Part shown: positions 38,345 through 50,492 of the stretch, in pieces | Layout: the number at the start of each line of letters is the position of its first letter | Numbering within the stretch: the first letter of the stretch is position 1 | Source: Botryllus schlosseri | Taxonomy: Eukaryota | Direction: 5' to 3' | DNA length: 64,000 nucleotides | Assembly: GCA_051294905.1 (NCBI GenBank) | Contig: CM119378.1 | Location: forward strand, 8,556,001 to 8,620,000 | Position numbers and translations under genes: made by a program | Notes under the pieces: generated by a model | The model's database searches: none | What the model saw: the letters and a program-made list of their open reading frames with translations, nothing else | Told to the model about the DNA's origin: nothing

Positions 38345-41300
38345 TCTGGCAATGTTGTCTCTACATCACAATTTTTCACCATACGCTTCTCGATATAAGA
38401 ACCATGCGGTGCCCCCGCAGTCTTGTTTCAGTTGGGATATTGCGGTACGTCGAGCATAACACCATGCCAACCTATTTGTTTCATTGTGAATCATATCATA
38501 TCATATCATTTGACATTTCACAGCTTGTAGCCTACTTTATGGGCCTATAGACAAATGTCAAATGATAAGTTCACCGAAAGTGCAAAATCTACGATACGAA
38601 CGATATGCAGGTTGCAAAAAAGTTTTACCTTTGTAAAAATTTTTGACATTTTTTGACCTAACTCAACAATTTTGACCTGATTTTGATTTTTTTGACATGT
38701 AAAAAATCGCTTTAGTCATATCTATACGTGCCATTCCATGACATTTTCTGAAACGCGCCGCTGGGGAAAATAAAGGTTAAGAAGCGCTGTTCCATAGCTA
38801 AATTATCATTTGCAGCCATGATGCAGTCGAATTCTTATGCTGTTGAAAACGTATCACTCATAGGATGTAGCGGCACGAACCCATTGCTCTGCGCCATCCG
38901 CATAGCTCAATTTCAAGTCTTTGACAGTTCATGAGAGCGTATTTAAAACTGCTTTCAAAACAACTTACTGACTTGAGTAGATTTAAAGCCAGACAATTCT
39001 ACTTCTACTTTAAGTAGTTTTAGGCTGCTTAATAAAGCACTATTTCTCTTCGTACTTGAGTAGATTTTCGCGTCGGTACTACTTCTGCTTAAGTAGCTTT
39101 CTTGGCTACTTTGACCACCTCTGTAATTCTCTAGCTTATTTTTTCATTGAGTGTGTTGTACATGCCTGATTTTAACATGTTCTTCCATTTTTTGTTACTA
39201 TATGTATTTTAGGATCCGGCTGTCTCCGGCCTTCGGTGACTCGACTTGACTCAAGTCATTTCCTCAGCTCTGTAAAATGAATCAACTCGACTTCAGTCAC
39301 TTTAGACATTGACTCGACTTGAATTCGAGTTATTTGCGCGAGACAAATAGGGACAGAAACTGCATTCTATCTGTTTGAATGGTATTCACATGCAATCAAA
39401 GGAGTAGAAGAAACAACGTTAATTCACACTCAAGTACCGAAAGTACCCGTTTGGCATCGCAATTCAACGATTCACACTATCGTAGGTTTGCGAAGTCGCT
39501 AACGCATTGGTTAACTGCGCTGCGATTGTCGGGTTGTTAGCCAACAATCATCGAGGCAAATTAATCTGCGTCCCACCTGGCTATTGTTTCTCTGTGCCAG
39601 CATTGTACGTACGTAACGAAGTCTAATTCCAAATCCCGTGGCGATTTTGAGGGATGTTGGTACTCGGACAATATTATATTTTTATTTTCGGAATCAGTGC
39701 GTCAATACTTCGAGTAGTACCAGCAATTAGAAGTTGTATTTACTTGGAGCTGTTTACGATGAATTGCACTATCTCAGGTGAGGGTAGAGGCTGGGCTCGT
39801 CATTGCCTCACTTGTGCCTCACCTCTCCTTTCACTCTATATTTTTGAAGGCAAGTGGCGTGATTTTGGCTGTAAAATTGTTCAAAATTGGTTAGTCACGA
39901 ACATCGCCAGAAAACGAATATAAATTATTGAAAAGTTTCAAAACTTTCTTTTACACATCCTGGTTATATCGTAAGGCACTGTCATTCAGACCGCACAGCG
40001 GGCTTAACTCCTGTAGGCGTGTGGAGCTCTGGAGCATTCCCTGTATTCACGATAAATACACTGCGTCTGATGTTAATCAAGTGTCAGGGTTGTTCACAAT
40101 GACACTCAGCAATTGCACGGCGGTTTCAACCGATGCTTCTGTCCAAGACCACGTCGAACGTTGGTTTTCTTTGTCTTGTCGATGGTTATTGTACGTTTTT
40201 AATTCTCATATCGATATTTCAACACCCCATTCGTCGACTGCACAGTGCACACGCGTAATGCGCATGCTACTCCGATGAAAATGTTTCTTAGAAACGCACG
40301 AATCCGAACTTTAGTAGACTATATGCCACGAAGCCCCACATCGATATGGTATGTTCCCGTCGGAGGTTCATTTGGGCTCCTCTTCCCCCGCTGTCGCCTT
40401 TCTTACGGCGACAAAAAAGCCCAGTAAAAAGACCCGAAGAAAGAAAGCACTCACAAGGACAGAAAAAAACTAGTAGAAAGGGCCGCGTCTTCAAAAATAT
40501 CAACATCGAAAAAGAACGGTGACATCGGGCACTCTAGGCCGAGATGGATGTTTGAGTAAAGGATCGCTACTGATGCGTGTCGTTCGACATCCTCCTATCT
40601 GTTCGTTACATTGCATTGTGTCTTATCGCATTGTACATTGTGTGTGTAGCTTGTTCAGATGAAAATTATAACCCAATGTATTGTATTGTATTGTATTGTA
40701 TGTTGGGACCAGCTGCATGCCAACACAGCACCACATATCGACTAGATCCGGGAAGGCGGGCACAGCCGCACAGGCATCGTATTATATAAAATACCTGCGA
40801 TATGATGATCACGGTGGTGAACTGCCTGCTTATTATATCGCAAGGAACCGAATAAGTCCTAATACGAATCGACTTAGATTGCATCTCCATCTACAAAATT
40901 AGATTACTTTTGATCCTAACTATGAATTTTGATGTGCCATGGCAACTGATCACAAACATGAGTCACATGACCCCAGTCACGCACGCTGAAAACTTCTATG
41001 ACTCGATGTCAATGAATTAGTGAAGGTATAGTGAGTCTCAACGTCGGCTAAACGGGACCAATTTCCGGCACGTGAACTAAGCAAAAATAAGGTCATCTAC
41101 CTTAAAGCACGTGTTTCTTTAACCACTCATCATCGATGGACCTCCAATATGGTTAATAATTTTACACAAAATAGTTTGGCTGACTGTACGCTTGAAGGCG
41201 AGGAACTTGCATCGACGTCCTTACTTTGTACGCAAAATGAACGTTAAGCTAACGGGTAAATCGATAACAGTTAATAGCCTATACTCATATGACACACTAT

Positions 41301-41779
41301 ACAACAGGATTAAATCGGTGTGGTGAGAAAATAAGAGAACTTGAGTACAAGATATCATTTTGAATGTAAACCGAACCTTTATTGAAGATGCAGCAAACAG
41401 ATATTGTTTCAATTCAATCACATAACACTACATTCTACTCTGACGATCGTTAGGGTGAATGAAACAGCTGATCAAGTACTCTTTGTGCTTCGTAATGTGT
41501 GTCATATGTTCATTATCAGTACTATAGACCGGCCAATGTTGCGTCACCACGACGAAAGCAGCACTCGATTTGTTTTGTACGCTTGCCTATCTGAGAGAGA
41601 ATCAAAAGAAGAAGCGAAAGCGACACTGGTGATATATATATACGATGCGTACATATGTACATTGTACATATATATGTAGCGGTTCTCCACTAGGTCCGAG
41701 ATATTTCATAATATATATCTAACTTAACAGTGAGGAAGGAGGAACCTCACATTACGCACCAGATAGTAGTGAATCCATC

Positions 41780-44700
41780 ATGCTGGCTTGTAGAATACAG
41801 ACAGGTTTAAAAGGAGTGCTTTTCCAGGTATCATTAATGAAATGGATCGAGCTAGAATAAAATTATGGACGTTTCCATTTTTTGCAGACTCTCACTCGAA
41901 GGTTTTCAAACATACCGCCTGGTTCTGATACAACAGACAAAATCGAACCAAAGGACGGTCACAGACGGTATAAATGGAATGGATGGAGCTGGAATATAGG
42001 CACCGACTGGAAAATAGTGGCATCTGTATTTGTTGCGATGTCCTCATACTATGTTACAAACAGACTGGATAAAATTAAGATGAAAAAGCAAATGCGTCTG
42101 GATCAAGTGGAGAGTCAGGTTTCTACTTAATTGTTTTCGGCATACCCATTAGCTGCTCTATTCTATATTTATTAAACTTATTGACGATTGTCCCGCCCCG
42201 TGGTGTGATATTATCTAATTTTGTAGGATACAGAGGCTATAGGTCAGGGGTGGCCAACCTTTTCAGCCAAAGAGCCACATTCGATAGACGAACTATATTG
42301 CGCGAGCCACTAGCCTGCCACGCGCGAAAAATTTTCGAAGTACATAGGTCAATAATATTGTCACTTGACTATATTGCGGGTCTGCTGTATATCGCTGGGC
42401 TCAGTTTGCAAGAACTGGACTATTTGGCGCCTGGACATATCGATATCGAAAGCTTCGACCAACATGCGTCTATCTTTACTGCGAGCGCAACGCAAGGTCG
42501 CATATGTTGAACGACACTTTGTCTCGTAATCGCGAATATAGTTAGACTCAATCTGATACATTAGGCGTTCTTTCATTTTCACAAAGAGGTAACAATATTA
42601 AAAGCAAGAAATCGAGTGACAACATGTTGCGCGAAGCGTGTAGAACATTTTTACTTTTGATAAATCTATCGCAAATTATTCTGCTTTATTGTAGTGTACG
42701 AAGATCTACCAAAATGCGACTGGCTCATGGATCTGCCAATACGTCGGAACTGATATTTTAGTCATCACGTCTCAAGTGTTGCGGTCAGACTAATCAAATT
42801 TTCAGTTGGCCTTGCAAGTTCACAATTTTATCCAATTTTGATAATATTAGTAATTTCGGAAATTACCTCGCGGGCCACTCAAAACCTCGCGGGCCACGGG
42901 TTGGCCGGCCCTGCTATAGGTATTCGCATCTGTAGCGATTTCTGGTAACCGCACGAAATCTGCCGGTTGGTGCGTTTTTGCTGTTGCAGGAAACGTGATT
43001 AAGTCATTGTGTCGACTATACTTGAACGAAAAACACAACGTTTCAGATAAAGAAACTTTACGGGCCATTATATGGTAACAGACTTGTGAGTCATACCAGT
43101 TACAAGGCTGTGATGAAGCAACACAATGCATTGCAAAAGTACCTGCACGAAGCAAGAGTTACTAAAGACGCCGACATGATACGACGGTGGAGAGCGTATG
43201 TCATGGATGTCCTCTATCCTCTTGATAAAGCGGTGAGTTGCCCGGGCTCATTGTCATTGAATAAAATAAACATTGCAAAGACAATAAAATTAGACTTGTG
43301 CGTTGCTCTTGCGACTCTATTCGGTCGATTCTTTGTTCTCGCATAGTAGAGTGAAGTGAATTCAGTCACGATCGATGATGAGCTCTTCGCGTGGAATATT
43401 CCATACAAAAACATGATTGTAGTTGAACAACACCTTTTGGGGATTTATTACAACTGAAAGCATTCCAACGTGACGCCATCGCCAGTGATGTCAATCCGCA
43501 GCTTTTACGAATTTAACTTCGTTGAATTCATTTGATAGCTTGGCGCACATGCCGATATTGAGCCTTGGTTGCGTTGAACAAGTGCGTGACTAATATTGAA
43601 CCTTGAACGGGTATTTTCTAAAGTCATGATGGAAATACCAAACTGGAATACGCAAATATCCCTATACAACTGTACTAGTCGTATATTGAAGCAGTCTGGT
43701 AGTGAGTTTACAATATGTAAATGAATCGATACTTGTGAATAACTTTGGTAGTTGACACATGAAATTATAACAACGGTTGCGAGTCTCAATATCTGGTTGC
43801 AGGCAGTGGAATTGATCGTTAACAATGCACATTTGGTTGCTCACGGAGGTTTTCCCGACGAATTCAGAGATCTACTGGTGCATACTGCGAGAATGGAATT
43901 TGTGATGCAGGTACTGTATAACAAAACAACTCACAATAAACCATTCTTTGGAAAACGTGTACACTGTACAGTATTACACTGAACGTGCACCAGTGGTCCC
44001 CAAACTTTTTCGGCTTGTGGCAGACCAGAATGTTATTAAACGCTCGCGGTGCACTTGCAAAAGAGTCGCTTAAAATCTATTTACGTGGTAATGGCCGTAC
44101 TTTCTTATACGAGCATATTCGACTAAAACCATATTTAGTTGTTGAATTCAAGAAGTTTGGCCGCTTCGAAGTCGGATATGCTTGTCTACACGCCTATCTT
44201 CAATATTAAATAGTTATTATAAAAAAAATCCGGAAAAACTCGCGGCACACCTGAGAATCTGCCGCGGCACTCAGTTTGGGAATCACTGCTGTACATTGTA
44301 TGTCGTCGATTTAAGGCGAAACCGTGACTTCTTGATCAGTTATTTCAGCAGTACAGTTGTCGAAACATATTCAGAGAGATCACCAAGTAGGCCTACATAA
44401 CATGGATTTTTCACGAGTGCTCTTATACCTATACTTCACGTTCTAGATCAGTGGTTCCCAACGTGGGCGACATCGCCCCCCAGGGGGCGATTTAGAAAAG
44501 CAAGGGGCGAAAATACCAAAGAGGGCGACTGGGGGGGGGGCGAAAATGTTAGAACGTCCAGTGGGATGTATTTAATTACCACGGTCAAAAACGCACGTGA
44601 AGACGGCTTACTCTGCATATAACCCGAAAAAGAAGTCGACTCAACGGAAAGTAGACTCAGAATCCGGTTTTCCGAGCACCTACCACAGTGATTCCCAAAC

Positions 44701-46544
44701 TGTGTGCCGCCACAGATTCTCAGGTGTACCGCGAATATTTTTGTAAATTATTTCAAGCAAACCACGCAGGCAACACATGCGCAAAAAGCACTCAAACCGC
44801 TTCATATCCGATAAATAACACATATGGACATTACAATGTAACCAATCATGAAATTGGCGATGAGTAGGTTGATTGTCGCGATATAGATTTGGGCTGCTAT
44901 GTGCCGAAGATTCGGTTCACGCTCCTTGTGAAGCATCTCCTCAGCATCAAATATTTCCGCAAAACCTGAGCACACTGCCTGGACTTCAACTGGCATTGCA
45001 ATATTTCGTCTCGCGATTTGTTGTCCACGAATTTAGATGGATAGTCAGTCCATTTGGAAGCAATGAAACAAGCAATCCCATTGAAGAACAGCCCATTGAT
45101 ATATATGAGACATCCCGTCTTTTTAAAACGCTGTTTTCACAAAATGGTTGTCTCGTTTCAATTCCTTACCTATATCATGATAGGCACAAAAGCGATCGGA
45201 GTTGCATTGCCATTTGACATTTGTATCTCAATGACTATGCGAACATAGCTTCTTTGTTTTGAATGACATTAGCTGTGCGCGAGAGGCTCGAGAGAGACTG
45301 CTTGAAATTGATGACGAAATATGGGTAGGTCATCAACAAATTCGTTTCAGTCGCGTGTGTGTTCCTATAGATGAGCATATAGCTTTTTTGTTTTGAATGA
45401 TATGAAAAGCTGCGCTCGAGAGAGACTGCGCTTGAAATTGATGACGAAATACCGGTATGTCATCAACAATCCAATGCAACTTCGTTTCAGTCGCATATAT
45501 GTTCGTATAAACCAGTGGTTCCCAACCTTTTTCGAACCATCGCCCCCTTTTCAAGCTTAACACCGATCATCGCCCCCCAGATTTTGTGTACCGAAAAATG
45601 GGCATACAAACTGTAATCACCGGCGGGTTGACTAAAAAAAAAAAAAAGATCATTTTTCTCCGCTCAGAGCTCAAAATAACGTTTTTCTCTCCGCATTGCT
45701 AGGTGGATGACTAAAAAAAAAAAAAAAAGCTCAGCCTTTTTGGCGCGTCATCGCCCCCCTATCGCCCCCTTGGCTAATTTCGCCCCCTGTCGCCCCCTTT
45801 GTCCATTTTCGCCCCCCCTATCGCCCCCTTCGTCATTTTCGTCCCCCCTGGACCGCCAAATCGCCCCCTGGGGGGCGATATCGCCCACGTTGGGAACCAC
45901 TGGTATAAACTATAAATGATCACAGCTTCTCTGTTTTGAACGATATTAAGCTGCACTCGAGAGAGACAGTGTAACAGACAATGTAACTTTGTTTCAGTCG
46001 CATTACCACGTAAACTTTTTCTCAAAAAGCACATTTTTTGTAAGTATGCCGCGAGCGTTTTATAATTGTTCTACTGTACCACAAGCAAAAAATTTGGGAA
46101 TCACCGACCTACCACCTGGTAAAATGGCCTTTTTTGTACTAAATTCACCATCGATTAGAGTTAGGTGAATAAATCTTTCGTTTGTGTGTACTCTTTTCTC
46201 GGATCCGTAAATATGGGGGTCGAAAATTTGTGTCGAGATTTATAAGTGGGCGATGAGTCGAAAAGGTTGGGAACCACATCTATCTAGTCTAGACTATAAT
46301 CTGGATATTTTAGCATTGGAAATCCGAAGACGGAAAATTGGAACCAGTTTCAGAATTTACCGAAGACGATTTTTTGGAAGCTAACAACTCATCGGGAATG
46401 AGAGGACATTCCAGAGCTCTGGACCACGCCAAAGAAAAATATGACGAGCTTCGACTGGAGCAGAAGCAACTGAATTTGGATATTGGCGACTATCAACAAA
46501 CCGATGGCGTGATTTTAGCTTTGATAAGAAAGCTTTTTCGTTAG
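41780..46544 (+). CDS. Uncharacterised protein A (267 aa): predicted mitochondrial presequence, single TM, 'LYGPLYGNR' helical domain
   Basis: Exons 41780-41827 (MLACRIQTGLKGVLFQ), 41888-42118 (TLTRRFS..WKIVASVFVAMSSYYVT..RLDQVESQ), 43047-43232 (IKKLYGPLYGNRLV..WRAYVMDVLYPLDKA), 43803-43910 (AVELIVNNAHLV..FPDEF..HTARMEFVMQ), 46314-46544 (HWKSEDG..KLFR*). All phase-0 GT..AG junctions; 804 nt; exon sizes matched by paralogue B. Confidence 0.88.
42245..42913. mobile_element. hAT MITE (CAGGGGTGGCCAAC) in gene A intron 2
   Basis: TIR CAGGGGTGGCCAAC..GTTGGCCGGCCCTG; TSD CTATAGGT on both sides. Confidence 0.88.
44686..46106. mobile_element. Charlie/Buster-type hAT deletion derivative with transposase C-terminal remnant
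   Basis: TIR CAGTGATTCCCAAA..TTTGGGAATCACCG; TSD ACCTACCA on both sides; about 44960-45260 reads EFRWIVSPF..IEEQPIDI..KAIGVALPF, like a degraded Buster transposase tail. Confidence 0.82.
45513..45902. mobile_element. Innermost CAGTG MITE (inverted sister of 15879-16201)
   Basis: Perfect 14-bp TIR; TSD GTATAAAC on both sides. Confidence 0.92.
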
Positions 46545-47351
46545 CGACTTGTAAACTTCATCTGACGAAAAATGGTTCTCGTACAAACTCCAAATGTCCA
46601 TCGTATCTTATGTTATATCCTGCTGATAGAGCAAGAAACCATTTTTCCCAATATAACGCATTGACATGTATATTATACACATGCCTTATAAAAGCTTAGA
46701 AGTGGGCCGTGCTGCAAGGCGGCAGTTACGGAATAAAAAAAATGATGAACAAAATTGACCTGGTGTAAATGACCATAGGCCTAGTAGTCGACAAACACCA
46801 TGAATAACACAGAACAGCCACGACACATGTCTTCGATAGAATCTTTATGCAAGACGAATTGCGCATTGTACTATATTTTCCATTCTTCACACACTGATAT
46901 TATATATTTTGTGAATATATTTATTGTTTTTATCATAAAAAGGTGCATTACTCAACGATCATTATAACAAAGTCAAATATCTTGCCATTTGCTGTTACAT
47001 TATAGATATTTTATATTAACATATAGTTTAAATTCCCGCCGATGACTGTTTGTAGTTGTATATTCAGTTCTGTATATGGTTACCTGTGCCCGTATGATAT
47101 GCTTATGGTGTTATGTGTTGAAATGTTGAGTTTGTCTGTAATATTGTTCAGTGTTTATGCCGATTAACTTCGTGTGATTCGACACCTTATTCTATTTATC
47201 TTTCTGCGTGCATATCCTGCTGTTATTATAATAATGAAAACCTGATCCATGAATGCGAGTGAGTGTATAAATATACTTCAAGAGACGCTCAAAGGTACAG
47301 AACTTCGGTATACAATTAATTAATATAATCACATATGATATATTGAAATAA

Positions 47352-47385
47352 ACACAAATATTTTCGACTGACACTCGTCAGGTGT
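47352..47385 (-). ncRNA. Minimal hammerhead motif with compensatory stem I change
   Basis: ACAC-CTGACGA-GTGTCAGTC-GAAA-ATATT-T-GTGT; stem I is ACAC/GTGT versus ACCC/GGGT in the other copies. Confidence 0.6.
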
Positions 47386-48283
47386 AATCGGTAGCTTGGG
47401 ATCAAATTTGTTATGTTTTACTTGAATCTAATAATACCAAGTCATAATTAATGATAGTTCCTTTTTGATTCATTAGGTTTATCAAAATATCTTGGCCTAC
47501 GTCGAGTTATTCAGTCCTCATTATCATCCATCCTCGTAAACAGACCGGATGATGTATGTTGCGTCATAGTATAGATGACTAACCTAGCCTAACATGTCGT
47601 CGCCGGCAGGAATGGCTTCGTTGCTTTCAAATTCAGAGACCGTTCTTGACTTGTTAATCGTTCTGCGTCAATGCTTTCCCATTACTACGGTAGGAAATAC
47701 GAAACAGCAAAGCGTCTTTTATCTGAAGAGTGCAGCGCCGAGATAGTGAACACGCGAAATGCAAATACTAGTAACAGTCAGTCAGCCCGTGCTAGAACAG
47801 GTGACCGTAAATATTCATTCAAGAAAATAGGTAATTTATCGAGATTTTCTCTTATATAGAGCAGCAGCATATCTAGAGCTAGCGTGATAATATTAAGTAT
47901 TCGCATCGAGTTATGGTGGGTGCGGTTTGTGCAAAGATACTAACATCGCTGCAGGTTGCGATACGTTCAAACGCGGTGAGTGGCTTTAATGATGTAAGAA
48001 CAAACCGGTACCGACTTTGCGACTTACAGTAGCCTACGCCATTGGCACAAGATACGCTATCTGCTATCATTATATATGTATATAAGACTGAATATATCGC
48101 GGTAGACTGTTTCAGAACTAGCTCAAACCATAATATTTGTCTGATTCCGTAAGTGACCATTGCAAATTGCAATGATCATTTTTTACCGCTAATAGGCCCA
48201 CCGTCTATTATTCCGCGATTCCACGTGCTAGCATCATGAACCGCCAATTTGAGTGGAACATATAATAACACTTTTTTGCACAG

Positions 48284-49262
48284 GGTCGTGCAGCATCATG
48301 TAAGCAACAAACAAAATTGCATGGTTTCACAAAAGATGCATCCAGAGATATCTCGAAAAGCATCGCATTTACGCGTGCCTCATCAACAGGCACCACTACA
48401 TCCGCACCCGGTATCCGACAAGAAGACAGAAGAGACTATTCATGGTCTGCAAGTACCGAATGGAAAATATTCGGTACAGTGGCAGCTGTTGTGGTTTCGT
48501 GGTACATCAACGCAAGGCAAGACAGGAAACAAAGCCGCGTGGAAATTCAACTAAGTCTGGTCACGAATCAGGTAATAACTGGCTTCGAGAGTTGAAGTTC
48601 ACTTTGAAAAATTGAACTTTGCTGAAGTTGAAAGATTTATACGGGCCGCTATACGGTAATAGAATCGTAGCGGAAGCCAGCTACCGAGCAGCAATGAAAG
48701 AGCATGGCGGACTGAGAAAGTACTTGACGAAGGCGCAAGTCGCCAGAGACGCTGAAATGATTAAAGTTTGGCGTGCTTTCGTAATTAATGTTCTGTATCC
48801 TCTCGACAAACAGGTCAGTGATATAATTAAATACTAGAAATCAAAACAAATGTATTCCAATATTTCCATATAGGTATTAGATCTGCTGGCTAACCACTCT
48901 CATTTGATCGCCGACTCCGAGTTCCCAGAAGAGTTCGATACCTTTTTAGAGCACATGGCAAGAATGCAGTTGGTAATTGAGGTACGGTTTTAACACCAGC
49001 TTAAGAACTGTAAAGTCTTCCATTGTAAACTCGATACTTTCAGCATTGGAAAAACGACAAAGGAAAATTGGAGTCTGTAGAAAAATATAACGATCACGAT
49101 TTTCTGGAAGAGACGAACTCGACAGGAATTGGAGGAAGCAAAGCGATCATTCGACACCTGCGTGAAAAATGCCAATCTCTCAGAGAAAGGCAGATGCGTT
49201 ACACGGAGGAGCTGAGTGCGGAGTCGCTGAACGTGCTTCTTGCAAACAAAATACTGAAGTGA
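48284..49262 (+). CDS. Uncharacterised protein B, tandem paralogue of protein A (5' coding exon uncertain)
   Basis: Exons 48284-48571 (..EWKIFGTVAAVVVSWYIN..LSLVTNQ), 48628-48813 (LKDLYGPLYGNRIV..VLYPLDKQ; 186 nt as in A), 48874-48981 (108 nt as in A), 49044-49262 (HWKNDKG..KILK*). Introns 56, 60 and 62 nt, all phase 0. An in-frame TAA at 48266 and no ATG before the TM imply an upstream exon; candidate 47594-47689 (MSSPAGMASLL..FPITT|gtagga). Confidence 0.85.
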
Positions 49263-50277
49263 AATCGTCGGTGAACAGTGAACAACGAACGTGGGATCGT
49301 ACGCTGCACAAACCCACATAGCCTACAAATTTCGACGATGTAGGCGAATCAAGGAACCTTCCATCCCATTATAATTGAGGCATACCGCCCTAAGGAAAAC
49401 CTCAAGTGTGGCTTTTCAACTGGGTAGGACGATTCGAGTTCTCGGTACGAATCGAGTTTCAGTTCTAATGATTCCAGACAAATATTCTCGAAAATATATG
49501 CATCTCGCCACTAAGAGCTCTTTCCGATGAGAACTATAGTCTCCAAGCTTTCTTGCAACTATGTGGTATAGCCTTGAAACCTCTGTTGGTTACATGGCAG
49601 CATCCGCAACGTGTTGCGCAAGGCTACGCATGTCATTGTTCATGGAAAAGACATACTTTGAATAGCGGTTAACCTGCATCATTGCCACAAAGTACTGCGA
49701 AATGGGCATGTTCAAGAGATACAAAAATATTTTCGATATAGTATAACTGGCGTTGTTGTCCTTTCATGTAGTTGCATGTGAGGTACACATTTGAACTTTT
49801 ATGATTCATATTGTAACGCACATTGTGTCTCTGTATTGTATTGTACATTGTGAGCTTTGAGCCTATGATAATAATTATCATAATGTAGGGTTACCATATT
49901 TTCGAATCGGGAAACGTGGACACTTTTTCAAATATTTCAAACTTGGAATACCGGAGGAAAATCCAAAAAAATGGCTCAACTTTCCGGCTCAACTCCAGAA
50001 ATACAGTTTTTCTTTCACGCTTTACGTTGGTTGACTAAAAAAGGTCCTCACTTTCGTTCGAACCACGAATTTACTATTTAGCGTCATGTCTGCCCATTTT
50101 CACACGAATCTCGAATTTTCACTCTCTATGATAATGAGTGACGCTAGAAATATTCGACTCGGCACCTAATACATGACTCGATATCGAGTAACTCAGCAGG
50201 TAGGGTTTCATTTAAAACAAAAATAAATCTAAAACAAACATGTTTGAAACCAGGTCCTTGTTTAAAACATGTTTTTA

Positions 50278-50492
50278 TGGTTGGCGGTACTAAACTTGAG
50301 TATTGCTTTCACAACTACATTCATTGCAGTAAAGAATTTATTAACTCGAAGACTTTTCGTGTGCCCCTTATCGAGAGTTAACGGCACATTTTCGTATGCT
50401 TATTATTGTGCCGTTAACTCTCGATAAGGGGCACACGAAAAGTCTTCGAGTTAATAAATTCTTTACTGCAATGAATGTAGTTGTGAAAGCAA
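50278..50492. mobile_element. 215-bp retro-type insertion forming a perfect 86-bp hairpin, nested in a MITE
   Basis: Arms 50303-50388 and 50407-50492 are exact reverse complements with an 18-nt loop; 10-bp TSD CATGTTTTTA at 50268-50277 and 50493-50502. Confidence 0.9.
50414..50454 (+). ncRNA. Candidate variant hammerhead ribozyme (U3-A8, C4 core); mirror copy on minus at 50341-50381
   Basis: TTAACTC-TCGATAA-GGGGCACAC-GAAA-AGTCTT-C-GAGTTAA: 7-bp stem I, G10.1-C11.1 pair, GAAA, near-palindromic stem III AAGTCTT, UC cleavage site. Confidence 0.45.

Larger units (their letters stand above)
44449..46278. mobile_element. Outer CAGTG MITE in gene A intron 4, interrupted by 44686-46106
   Basis: 44449-44685 plus 46107-46278 reconstitute the 18684-19045 family. 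Confidence 0.8.

Noticed and set aside
40330-40520. Short basic ORF (MVCSRRRF..KNINIEKER*)
   Set aside because: 58 aa, single exon, no homology signal; low-complexity purine-rich sequence explains the composition.
41440-41480. CTGACGA..GAAA as another hammerhead
   Set aside because: No G10.1-C11.1 pair and no stem I complementarity.
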